The notes under the pieces were generated by a model that worked only from the letters and a program-made list of their open reading frames with translations, searched no databases and had not been told where the DNA came from. A stretch of DNA of 64,000 nt from Tubiluchus corallicola. Its lineage: Eukaryota; Animalia; Priapulida. The DNA is taken from positions 1 to 64,000 of the forward strand of contig JAQGDQ010000830.1 in assembly GCA_030141605.1 (NCBI GenBank), given 5' to 3'. Shown here one piece after another: positions 11,501 through 24,100 of this stretch. The translations under genes were made by a program, and so were the position numbers. Position 1 is the first letter of the stretch. Every line of letters begins with the position of its first letter.

Positions 11501-12947
11501 AACCCATTTGCATTTAGTGCCTCCCACGGCTGCCTGGTCAACTAAACCAGGAGCCCGAGAGAAAAATAGAGCAGGCAGACCTCTGCGTAGAGCTGCCTGC
11601 GTTTCTGAACCCGAAGTCTCCTAGCAAGGAGAAAATGTTAGTAGGAGGGCCCAAGAAGGGTCAGCTCCTGTAGGAACCTCGTTGCAGGGAGCAACGTTAA
11701 GTCAAGGGAAGGAAGGTAGCGAGAAGGCTATAGATAATGCCGAGAGTTTGGCATGGGACCCCTTTGACGCCCCGTTCTTAGAAGCAGATAAGGAGAATGG
11801 AGAGGATCTTCCGGAAGTTAGATTAGGAGACGACCTTGGCGAAGAGCTGTCTGAAGAAGAAGAGACACCTCGCCCTGGTGCACCGGAAGAGGATAACTCA
11901 GAAATCTCTAGTAGTTCACCACCACCTTTGCTAACGCTGGAGGAAGCACACTCTGGCACCACCAAGCGAACGAGGAGCGATCGTGGTAGCGAATTCTCTG
12001 TGGTCAGTGCAAAGTCGAGACGAATGGAAAGTGAAGTGACCTACAGCGAGACCTCTCAGGCAGGTAGTTCGGTAGAGTCAGAATATGAAGATGAAGGACC
12101 TCCTCCCCTAGAAAGGGTCCTCCATGTATCTAGGCCCAGCACTGTGTGGTGCTGGTTGCACTATTAAGAAGGTGTTTAGCAATATGGGCAACGAGTGCCT
12201 GCACTGTAAAAATATTAGACAGACCTAGAAGATTAATTGGGAAATTTAATTTAGAAGCTTGATTCGAAATATAATGAAAATGCATAGTGAAGGAGCCAGC
12301 CAGATTATATTAAAGCTTAAATAGCAAAAGATAGGCACTAGTGACATCTAGTGCCCAGTTCCCAAGTTGCAGCGTAAAAGTAAAAGCAAGGACAGAGTTC
12401 AAGCAGAGTCAGTGAGTTAGGTCATGAACTAACTTACTCGCCTGGCGACAGATGGCGTCACTGAGTGATTTCAACCCCTGGCATGGGACGCTATGTTAAG
12501 ATTGTTTTCACAATATAGTGAGCTATTTCTCGCAGCTTGAACCTATTAAACGTACATTTAATGAGCAGGAGATTAAAGCTCTCATAAGAAAATATTGGTA
12601 AGACAATGTACGGAGAGTAACGGATAATTGCAGAAAATCTATAAGAGTATTTGGAGTAAAAGTTAAATGAAAAGGCTTACAACAAGGCCACTAATACATT
12701 GCTGAAAGCGAAATTGTTTCAGCGAAAGTGAAAGTGCTACACGATAGAGGTTAGAGAGAACCGTCAGGGATATCCATTTAAATAAGAGTGAAAAGGGGAA
12801 CTGAAGGTGGCTGGAGCTTGCCCACTCTAACAGGATCCATTAGAGCGAGACAGGTATCAAAGAATCGATAGAATTCTTATAGTCTTATAGAAGAAGAAAA
12901 CGATAACGGGTATACATGACCAGCATAGTAAAGAGTTAAACATGATT
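8513..12947 (+). mobile_element. Internally deleted Gypsy LTR retrotransposon (LTR-like 5' region, integrase remnants, acidic tail) nested in the BEL/Pao pol
   Basis: Starts TGTTATG, with TATA-like sequence at ~9132 and AATAAA at ~9626. Integrase remnants: H2C2 (VHSSYIGGHF...WWSTIRQD) and rve core (TDIVGPLPMTERGNKYI...LLTDN), frameshifted. Purine-rich tract at ~12783-12800. CTTC(T) is duplicated at both junctions. Confidence 0.8.
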
Positions 12948-13298
12948 CTTCTATACTGAAACATGTACAACAGAGTAGCTTTGCAAAGGATTACCAAGGC
13001 TCGTCTGTTGGTAAAGCTATTTCCTCTGCCAGTTGTTTAAGGAAATTAAACCCATTTTTTGCAGAAGATGGCTTAATACACGTTGGGGGGGGGCAGCTGC
13101 AACAGGCAGACATTCCCAAAATGCAGAAGCATCCCATTATTCTTCCGAAAGGGCGTCCTATCTCATACTTAGTCATCCCGGAAATTCACAAAACTAATGG
13201 ACACGTAGGTCGCGGACATGTAGTGTCTCTCTCGAGACACAGTTACTGAAATAATGGCTGTAGAGAATTTACGAAGAAAGTTTTACACGGGTGTTACA
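12948..13298 (+). mobile_element. BEL/Pao pol fragment (integrase Zn-finger), right half
   Basis: Manual translation SILKHVQ...LRKLNPFFAEDGLIHVGG..KHPIILPK...IHKTNGHVG; joins the left half in frame as ELLYARASILKHVQ. Confidence 0.85.
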
Positions 13299-14771
13299 GC
13301 AACAAATCTATTCTTAATCTTAATTTTCTGGGAAATTCATTAGATTTATATTATTTGTGCAAAAACTTTGCCGGCAATTTTGCTTTTGCATTTCTAACCC
13401 CTTTCCGCTAAACGCTGGCAACAGCTTTTTTGCGTTCAGTACAATGTAATTAATAAGGCTAGCTGTATTGCCTCTATCGAGAACAACGCCAGTATGGCGC
13501 TTCTCGAGTAAAAGTGTTTATTCATTGTTGCATGGATCTGCCCTTGCAAACCTGTTTCATAGTATACATTAAATTCTATGTAAACTAGTTTTCAATATAT
13601 TACCAATTAGCCATGTAATCACTTGCATATAGGCTTCCGTCTCAGAAAGTATATATAGTTGTGATTTTGTCAAAATTTTTCTAGCTAGCTTTGGGTGTCA
13701 TACCATCACGTTATGGCACTCCACCCCCTCCTCCTTATCGAGGATAATCCGTAACCAGTTCTCGGTATATTTGTATTTTGTAGTGTTTATGTAAATTGAT
13801 TCACTCATGCTCATTGTGATGTAGTCGTTAACTTAATGTAGCCAATGGCTCAAGCGAATACGTAGCTTTATTTTTTCTCTGCCTAAAACGTAGCATTTAT
13901 TTGCGTTGCCATTATCATATAATCGTTCTTTTCCATATAATCACTTGTTAAATGTTCATGCAATGTTCATAAAATAACTATGCGCACATTTTAAATTTGT
14001 CGTTCTTGTTTTCTATAAACGGCAATACCACTCAGAATTTCGATATTAACAAACTTCATTCTAATCATATATTTGCACCTCAATCAATGTGGACTTGAAC
14101 TTTAAAACACCAGGGTTTTCAGTCACCCGATAATTGCTTTCCCCTTTTTGTAAAGAGCTAAAAGATTAAAAGTTCTAAAATATTTACAAAAAAAAATCTA
14201 ATCCGTGTTCGCGACAGCCCCCTTTTAGAAAAAAATTACAAAACAACGAAAAAATAATTCAGCAATATAAGCCAAACAAAAATGCAAAGAATTTGTTGAA
14301 ATTGTTGTTACGAACGAATTAAAGCGTGCATTTCTGATCAGCTGTTTACCTGCGCTCGTACAGTATGCGCGCATGTCAGCACGAGAAAAGAAAAGACAAG
14401 GTATAATAAGAAAGATATTTATTCAGGATAACTTAAGCAAAGCTCGTTTACAACAAGGTCCTGATTCGTGCACAGTTTGCAAACAATATTCAGGCTAATA
14501 CCAAAAAACACCCTTAAACAAGTTAATATTGCTACTGCTCCTTAATTCAGTTGGCAAAGAATTCCATACGAGATGACCTAAACTTTGAGCAAACATGGTT
14601 GCTTGCTTAGTTGTTTTTTCGCTAAAAAACAAAGTATTATTGCTTTTGTAAAGATTTTTGTGTACCCCAAAGTCCCAAGACGTTGATTACATTTGATAAC
14701 AAACAAAAGTAAATTCAAGTTGTATTACAATTTAGAATTTTTTTAAATTGTAAATTTTGGGGCTTTCACTT

Positions 14772-15131
14772 CTATTCGTCTACGTATTTTATGTCAGAAA
14801 GTTCTTTGCTTTCCAGTGAATTGGTGCTAGACATGCTGACAGTTTTTACATCCAACCGACTGTTTTCATCTACAAAAAAACACACGTTGGTTTGTAGAGA
14901 AGGTCCTGGTTCAAGTAACTGATCCTCAGTTCTAGTACTGTTATTGCACTGTATACTGGCTTCGTTTTCGTCTTTAGACAAGAAGGGATTATCCGTATTG
15001 CACACTGGTTTATTAAAACATGTCAGACCTGTATCCATGTTTTGTATCTCAGATTTTGCTATCTGAGCTTTACAGTACGTGCTCGAGCCGCAGTTATTGC
15101 ACTCATGAAGACAGTGTGGAAATCCCATTTT
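14772..15131 (-). CDS. SLC30A1: ZnT exon 8 (Cys cluster and tail)
   Basis: Acceptor ccttttag, KMGFPHCLHECNNCGSSTYC...stop; resembles the ZnT1 C-terminal Cys cluster. A minus-strand AATAAA lies at ~14418-14423. Confidence 0.8.
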   Translation of the reverse strand, partial: KMGFPHCLHECNNCGSSTYCKAQIAKSEIQNMDTGLTCFNKPVCNTDNPFLSKDENEASIQCNNSTRTEDQLLEPGPSLQTNVCFFVDENSRLDVKTVSMSSTNSLESKELSDIKYVDE

Positions 15132-18100
15132 CTAAAAGGAGAAAAATTATCAAACCGGTTAAAAAAATAAAATTTAGTTAAAGTATCCGAAAGTTGGAAA
15201 ATTTTCATTTATATTATCTCGTTGTGTTGCATATGACGTTTGATGTTGTTGTTTTCTTGTTTTATCCTATTCTGGAATTCAAGATAGCTATATTTGCTGC
15301 GTGGTGAGGCACTGTATGCACAGTATACAAAAGTAATTACTTACTTACCTCGGCTGCATCTGGCTGAACAGTTAAGTATGTGATGCCCAGCTTATAGAAG
15401 AATATTCTGACTTGCTCCTTGGCTAGCAGGTACTCCTTGAAATTATCACATCTGATTGTTACACTGGCCATGATTAGATCAGGGCGATGCTGACAGATAT
15501 TTATTTCTGTGATTTCCTTAATAGCAGTTACCTACAAGAATCGAAAGTCAATGCAGTATCTGCAAAAATCAGCACAGTGAGGTTGTTACAGTGGGACAAT
15601 ACACGGATCGCAAGTCGCGTTTAGCCTCGCCCAACTTGATGACGTACCATACATTCTCAAAAACTCCCTCACCGCGAGCCGGTATCGCTAGTAAACAAAC
15701 TGAAAAAATGGAAAAATTTGGTATTACAGTAAGTGGTAAGTTTGGTACAGGTAAAGTTGTTTTTAGTAATTTTGGTACTAGGAAAATCTGGTACAGAGAA
15801 AATATGGTACAAGGAATGTCTGGTACATGTACTATGAAGATACCTGCTCGAAAAAGTTATGGCGGTTCATATTGTTGCATTTGTTTTTATTTGTGCTTTT
15901 TGTTCGTCTGTTGTTTATTATTTTTTAATATTGTTGTTGTTTGTTTGTCTGTTTGTTCCTTGCTCACTCTTTTGTTGTGATCATCATCATCACCATCATT
16001 ATCATTGTTGTCATCATTGTTATTTTTGCCACATTTTGTGCCACACTTTCCTAGCATCTGAAGATCATAGTACCAAATTTTGTATGAAAATTGTATCAAA
16101 CTTACTTGTACCAACCTTTCCTACATTAATGCTTTGAAGTTGCTCAATCAAATAAGCACAATTTTTAGTTCTTTGACGGCATTTTGTTTTCTTTTGACAC
16201 ATTTAGCACGTTATTTTACCTTGTTTTAGGATTATGTAGTAGAAACAACTTGGCTGGAAAAGACTTGTATTATTTTATAATATCTGCTAAAAACGTACGG
16301 GGCCCGAGAAGATTAAGAACGCAGCCAAGGTTTTAAATAGCTAGAGCTGTTGAGGTTTTTTCTTCATAAAGTTGTCAACGTGGATTAGGCAGGCATCTCT
16401 TCTTGTCGTTTCCCTCATCAGTAGTGCCTTTTTGATTGGTGGAGGCATGATGGGGAAGTTCTGTGTTTGGATCCATTTCTGCATTTAGCTTTATGTAATG
16501 TTTTGCCACTTGATGCTTGCTGTCCTGGGGCCTGCAATGGCTCTTTACGGCCCTGTCAGCGAGCCAGAATTTGAGAATTGCCAAGATAATGCACCCATGC
16601 TGTAACGTACCTTTTTTAGTATTTAGCTTGGACAAGCTTTGCCTGCAGGTGAGGGGGTGCCACTTGTAATAAAGTCATCACTGATGTTTGGTTCATTTCT
16701 GTGTTTAGCTTTATGTAATGTTTTGCCACTTGAAGTGGAGCACTTAATGCTTGCTGCCCCGGGGCCTGCAATGGCTCTCAACGGTCCTGCCAGCGAACCA
16801 GAATTTTACGTATTGCCAAGATAATGCGCCCATGCTGTAACATACCTTTTCTAGTAATTTAGCCTGGACAAGCTCTGCCTGCAGGTGAGGGGGTGCCACT
16901 TGTAATAAAGTCATCACTGAAGTTTTCACTGAAACAAAACAGTCTTAACAAATATGTAGGCTATGAGACCAACAATATTACGTCAAAGTTTACGCTCAGT
17001 TTAAGATTAGTATTACCAATATTATGATAAATGGCATGATAAAAATAGCTGCAGGTGATAAGTATGGTAATTCTGAATATTTTGAAGCATAATTGTTGTA
17101 GTACTGAGGGAAAAATTGGTTTTTTAAAGGCCATTTAAAAGAGAACCTAGACTAATAACTGGGTGCAAAATGGATGGCAAGCCGTTCCACAGTAAAAATG
17201 CAAAATAAACAAAAGTACGTGTCCCTACAGTTTTGTCTCATAATAGACGGCTAGAGCCTGCTGCTCCATCTGAAAATTCTGGAATGGTTTGTACAGGATA
17301 TTTAATGATTAAATGCATATAAGCTTGTACTGCACTTTGTAAATATTGGCCTTAAAAATTAATTTAACGTTCCTGTTTTCCTGGATTCAGCTTTCCGTAT
17401 TTGCTGCTAAAATAATTTGTTGATCTTGACATATGAGAGAGTTTTCCTGAGACTTGTCATCATTAGTCTCAAAGACTATAATATTTATTCAAACCTTTTG
17501 CCCTAGTGGGCCTCCTCAGCTGAAAATAACAGATATAACGTTAAAACAGTATGTACCAATACAAAACTAGAACATTAAAAAACAAAAACTGTAGCCAAAC
17601 ATCATTGGTTTGAAATATAATAACTTAGAGAAAGAGCATAACTGACTGCATAAGAAGAAAACATAGATCTATAGAATTAGTTTTTGTAAGAACAAAACTT
17701 AATTAAAGAAAGCAAAAAGAATAAATTAACATACCTGAACGAAAAGTGCTCGTAAAGTGAGACTGAGACTAGCAAATTTTTGCAGTTTATGAAGATTAAG
17801 TAACCATAAGTGACTGTGGTGTGTTACGGTGAGAAACACATAAAATTTAATTGTTTGTGGTGGGTTACATTAAGTAATATTGCACTTGGACTTAAAACCA
17901 AATAAGAATCCACTAAAATAGCAAGAGTAGAACGGATAAAATACAAAATACATGAAATACTTTTCAGTTAAAATCCTAAAAGCACCGAGAAACAGAACAC
18001 GAGGAACACAGAAGAAACAAAAAATATGGATTAAAAAAGGCAGCTAAATTTAATTGCTGCCTCCTTTCTCCAAATTAATTTTTAGAAGGATGGCAACTGT

Positions 18101-21100
18101 TAAATTGATTTTTATTTAGTTGCCTTTTTTAATCTATATTTTTTTATTTGGGGCTTTTTTGGTTGATAATTGAAAAAACATCCAGATTATAATTCCACTT
18201 TTCGCGACCAGCCAATGAAGGTGACACCAGAAGCTAGATACTGGACACTTTGCAATTTTATATACAAGATTGTTTCAGAAATGAGTCTTAATTTTGCATT
18301 TCAAGTATTTGTTATGGCCAATATCTATTCAGAACATATGAAAAATAAACAAGATTTTGTGAACTTACAACTCTGACATACCTTGATGTTGATGTTAGTA
18401 CAAAACTTTAGATTTCTAAAAAATATCCATACAAGGTGAAAATCATTCATTTTGTTACGAACACGCACGGTTATCAGGTACGTCCCTTTTATATTGTGAT
18501 GCTTATACCAGTGACGAAGTTATTGCATACCATAGCTCATTGCATGCTGGGATGTAATGGTTCCGTTTAATTCAGCTGGTGAGATTTCCAGCTCAGCACC
18601 TGTTCCGTAATAACAGTTACCAGGAAGAAAGTAGAACAGATTTTCTGGCAATTAGTTGAAATTCTCTGTTTTCTATCCCTCACTTCGAAAGTCGCTTCCA
18701 CAACACTGAATTCTGACACTATTTGTGATCCTAGCAACAGCCTGGATTTGAACCTCAATTAGGTCTTCCAGGGTCCAGAATGGTCCGACTGGGACAAGTT
18801 TCGAATTAACCTCCTTGCTCCTTCGGCAGTGGAATCCGGCGTCACAACACTAGAGTCACAAGTATGATTTGAGTCCACACCTGGGTTGGTCAGTGTTAGA
18901 ATGCTGGCTTCCACTGCCAAGGGGGCAGTTGAAACTCGTTCTGGTCGGTTCGTTACAGTCATTTTCCATATTTCAAAATCTGTATTTTGCTGGCCTCACA
19001 AAGTTGAACCTCCAGTCTTCCAGCATCCTAAAAGATTGAAATGAACCAGGTGGAGCGAATTTTAACCACCATCTTGGCGGCGGAACCCAATGCTGTGAAA
19101 ACGACTTTATAAATCAAGCAAGATAGACCGGACCATCAATGCTGCTGTAGGTCCACTGACTCTCAAGCTTGAGAATTGGGGGCTTGGCCTTTGACACAAA
19201 GTCATTCTTTTTGCCATATTCGTGCTAAACTGCTCACAAACAATAAAGGGATGCAAAGAGGATCCCTCGGCAGGTGCTTCCTGGTCAAACAATGTCATAT
19301 GGTTTTCATGTAAAAATTTCGTACATTTTGTACTAGTTTTGCAAGTTTCATGCATTCAGTGTTTGACCTTTGTCCCAGGATCAATGGATGCGAAAAATTC
19401 TCACCCAGCACCCAAACTTGACATTTCGGAAAACAAAACTTGTCTTTATAATAATTATAATAGTTACAATTGTTCAAATCCTGGATCCGCTCTCCCTGAA
19501 GGGTTCAAATATTTTTGTTAGCATTCACGTGGCATTTTGAGAGAAAAACTTGCCTTTAGAACACTATTAGCATGTATAGTATCTGCCATTTGACATGTTA
19601 ACAGCAACCAAATGCAATACGGAAGCACAAGAGAGATTCCGTGCTTACTGAATACAACACAAGACGTTTTTGGGAATGAAATATAAAAACTGTAGAATAA
19701 TACTTTTAGCAATAACACTGATGGCAATAATAATCCAAAGGACATTGTTAGTGACTGCGCCTGCGATTACCAGGCACTATATAACAGTGTTGGCACGAAC
19801 TACGAAAATGGTAAACACTTTATATTATGAACAAGTTACGCTCTGGAAAAAAAAATGCAATAAACTTTTTGTATCAATAAATAACATAAATAACTGGATG
19901 GCTCGCTAATAAACTGGAAATGGTCCATCCAAATAATCATGTCATATCAAGTTATAGGTCGCGCCAATAATCATGTCATACACGGTTCAAGAATGCTGAA
20001 CATACATTAATATTCGTTGTAAATGTCATGCTAGGACGCGAATAATGTCCACGGACAATCTGTGCTAGTATATGTCATCGCGCCTAGTTAAAGACTCATA
20101 AAAAAGCTTAATGAAGTATTGCCCTTATGGAAACTCATTGATTGGAGAGACATTAAGTTTCGAGACATTCTTAAAAGTCGTGATTTGCAATATGCCTACA
20201 AGAAAATGTACACTATTATATAACCAAAAATTTCGCCATTCCGGCATGTGTAGTGCTGCCTCATGGACTTTTGTAAAAGCCTTCAATCGCGCAAAGCTGT
20301 TCTCAAAACTAGGAAAAAATATAACCTCCCAATATATTCTTGCACTAATATTAAGTACTTAAACCAAAATGTATTCATTCAGTGGAATAATACATTTTCT
20401 TTCACAACAACATATGGGAGGAATGGGTTAAATGATTTTGACCATGTTGGAAAGGTCGTTCTAATTCCTTGCACTGAGCTGACAAATTCCCTCAGGATAC
20501 CGCTGAATGGCCACTCTTATTCGTTTCTTTGCAATTTTCATTGAGATGACTCAGACTCTTCCGCTATGCCCACCATTGCTGTTGACAATTCTAGCAGTTT
20601 GCCCCTGTTCTGGATATGCCATCAGAATAACCTATAACCTTGACCGGAATTTTGAGCCATAGTTATCCCTAAATCTCAAGTTTACTACAAGTGGTTCAGG
20701 TATAATGGCTTAAAACCTGTGATTGGATGGTGGACAGACAACAGACGATGGGTGCTGCATGACGGAGTAAGGTCCCCAGATTTGAAAAGACAGAAAGTCT
20801 AAATTTTAGATTAAACTGTCATAAAATCTGTTCCATGTTCTTTATGCTGACAATCACTACAGAACAGGTGCTGAGCTGCAAAACATCTGTTGAATCAAAC
20901 GGAATCATTACATGTCAGTGTACTTATAACTGCTGGTAAGGTATGGCTTTGTAAGTGACAGAACTCGCTCGATATGGAAGGGTGTACTTGAAGAATGACG
21001 TTCGGTTCATAAAAATGTTATCCTGAATACAAATTGTTGGCGTTGCAGCCAGTAATTAAACGAGACAATAACACAATTTCAGCATTACTAATTGTATTAT

Positions 21101-24100
21101 TGAAAGCAATACTTTCATTTCAGCAAATTTTTGAAGGTAGTTTGTATAACTTACATAATGGTATGGCGGTACTCATCATAATTGCACATAAAAGCAAACT
21201 GTAAAAACAACAATACAAAATATTATGTCAAGATAGTGTCTAACAATATAATGCTGTGTTTGCAAATATTATAATTTGAATATCATACACATTTTGATAC
21301 TATAGACAATTAGTGTGTTTAAGTATAATTTTCTGCTTATACGGACAACGGAAATTATAATTATAGCATACAAGTTATTCAACAAATTCTCAAAAAGTTT
21401 TCGTATTTACCTAAGTGCTGGATCTAAGTAATATTTCCAATGTTGTTCAAGCTTCCAAATAACTACAGCACTAATAATTATGAACACAGAACCCAAAGCA
21501 TCCCCAAGAACATGGAGAAACACACCACGCATGTTCAACTGCCCTCCTTCACCTCGATGACCTGCAAAAAAGCAATCTTTTAAATGTGACCAAATAATAT
21601 ACATTCTCTCTGCTTGATGTTTATGCAGCAGGTGAAATTTTATATGCCCCCCCCGCTAAACAAGTAATTGATATGGATAATGCTATGGATTTGTAGTAAA
21701 ATGAATGCTATTGAATGCTGCTTTCTTTACAAGACACGTATGTACAATTAAACCATCCCTTTTTTGCCTATCAAATATACTATATTTGATTAATTTTCTA
21801 GGTTACTGATTATCAAAAAGCAATGAAACTTATCAAATAATTACTAGAATGGGGATGATTATGCCCGTCGTCTGTATCACTGTCTTCATCATCTCTGCTA
21901 TTTCGTAGCTTCCGGAACGACTCTTGGCCGCTGATTTTGCGGAGGTGCCTTAATGTTTCTGCACGTTCTACCACCACGGGTATGTCTTCTTCATCTATTT
22001 GCTTTAAATACTCTTCGGCAGTTTTAACATGACTATGGCTGCCATGTGAATGTCCGTGAGCTAAAGAAGAATAAAACTATTTACTAACAAACGTTTTGAA
22101 AAAAGTGAATGAAGCTGAACTTTCATTAAATTATTGTCTGTTACAGGCCGACCCATATTTTTGGGAAAATTGTGCAAACACACTTTAAAAAAAATCGATA
22201 TTTTAAACTCTTTGAGCGACTTAAAAAAGTAAATAAATTTCAGAAGAGGATCTTTAAAGTGTGAAAGTTTCGTTTAGAGAGATGCAAGCTTAACGAAATG
22301 GGGAGGTGTGTTTCGAATTTTTTCAATGTGGCCCACAACTGCGAGAGGTATAGACCTCCAAAAGATCATAGGGCTAATTTGCCTCCCGACTTGTCTGGCT
22401 CACAGACTATATAGGTCTACTAACAGTTACGTTTTACTTGCCTACAATTAATTGTAAGGGTAAGTGTCTATATGATTATACACGTGGTTTCTGCGGCTAG
22501 AGCTCCAACGACAGCACCATTTTCAGAATTCGGGGGCTTGTGGCCCGTTCTTTTTAACAAGAATTTGTGCTCCTCAGTTTGAGAATGGGGGAACTTAACC
22601 GGAGGTAGTGCCTATAATGGTTGGACAGCAGTCTACAGTGACTGTAGTAGGCCCCTCGGATATTGTGGTCGGTAACACTTTCCGGCAACCGGCATTTTTC
22701 CGGACCCAACCGCCTAGTTTTTTCGAAATTTTAACGTAACAGCATGCAGAAAAATACAAAGTTGTATTTAGAGCTCTTTGGCAGGAAGAGGAACTGGGCT
22801 ACATGGTGATGTGGGCCTCTTTTGCAAACTTCTTTACCAGGTGATGGCTACGAGATCACTGGAGGTTCCATTTCGGGTGATTCTCGCTTGTAAAACTGCT
22901 GACGCGTTGGTCAAATATGTTGACTGGTGTTGTTATAGTGAGCAGAAAGGGCAGAGCCCAGTGACAACTCGCCATTTTGACCTGTAGTCTAAAATTGCAT
23001 ATTTTTTCCTATAAGCTATAGAAGCATAAAATGAAATATTGATCAACTAATTGGCAATAACTAAAATAGAAATTCGCTAATTTGTTTCATTGGCCAGTTA
23101 TTGAAAACACAAGCTGCTTACTGTGAAAGAGGAAAAGTCCAACAATATTGAGGAATAATCCCAATCCACCAACAATGAGCATCAGCCTTGGGTTCTCGAT
23201 GTGTTCATCATCTAAGAGAAACCGCTTCATGGCCTCAAGGAATATGAGGAAGCAGAGAGATATTAGAAAGACGGAATTGATGAGTGCACCAACTGTTTCC
23301 ATTCGATACATTTCATACATCTTGTTGCTTTTTTTACTCTTTGCAAGCTGAAAAATTCATCAATTTTAATGTTGACACTTACGTGCACCAGTTTCTTTAT
23401 AGCTCTGCATACACAGGGATAACAGTGATATATGCACAGATACAAGTATACGCACCGACAAATGTTGCCTAAGAAGAAGATGGATGAATGGAACAGGAAT
23501 AACGTGTTTTTGCTAATGGATGACTTCAATGTGCATTTTTATCAACCCTACGTGATTTGTGGTCCTTACAACAAAAACAACTAAAACTTTGGTAAAGGAG
23601 CTCAAAATAATGATGAGGCGGGGTAAAAAGGAGAAAATGCAAAAAATAGAAAAAATGGCAAAACGAGAATTAGAGAAAAGCTGGCTGATTCATGTTCAAA
23701 AAGGTATATTTCTTACCTTGCTGTCAAAGTGCTGAAATTAATTGATTTTACCTTCCCATAAGTTATCAATAAAGATTTACTAAAACTAAAGACACAATAT
23801 GATGCACCACATTAAAGCAACTACACAGAAGTCATTTTTAAGGGTAAGCTTTAATTATAGCTTTGTCAGCACCAATGGATAGTACTTGAGATTAAGACTG
23901 GCTATAGAAAAGCAGTGAACATGTGCAAAAATTAAGTCACATGTGAATACCACGCTACAATTCAAAAAGTTTGAACTACAAATAAAACAACAAAATTGCA
24001 CTGTACTAGTTTCAGCAGGTTTTGTTGTTTTAATGTTGAATGCTTAATTGAAAATAAGTTCTCTGACCAGTGATTTCTGACTTAAAGTCATGACTTAAGT

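Noticed and set aside
8513-12947. Ginger DNA transposon (integrase only, TGT start)
   Set aside because: No terminal inverted repeats; LTR-like and purine-tract features favour a deleted Gypsy.
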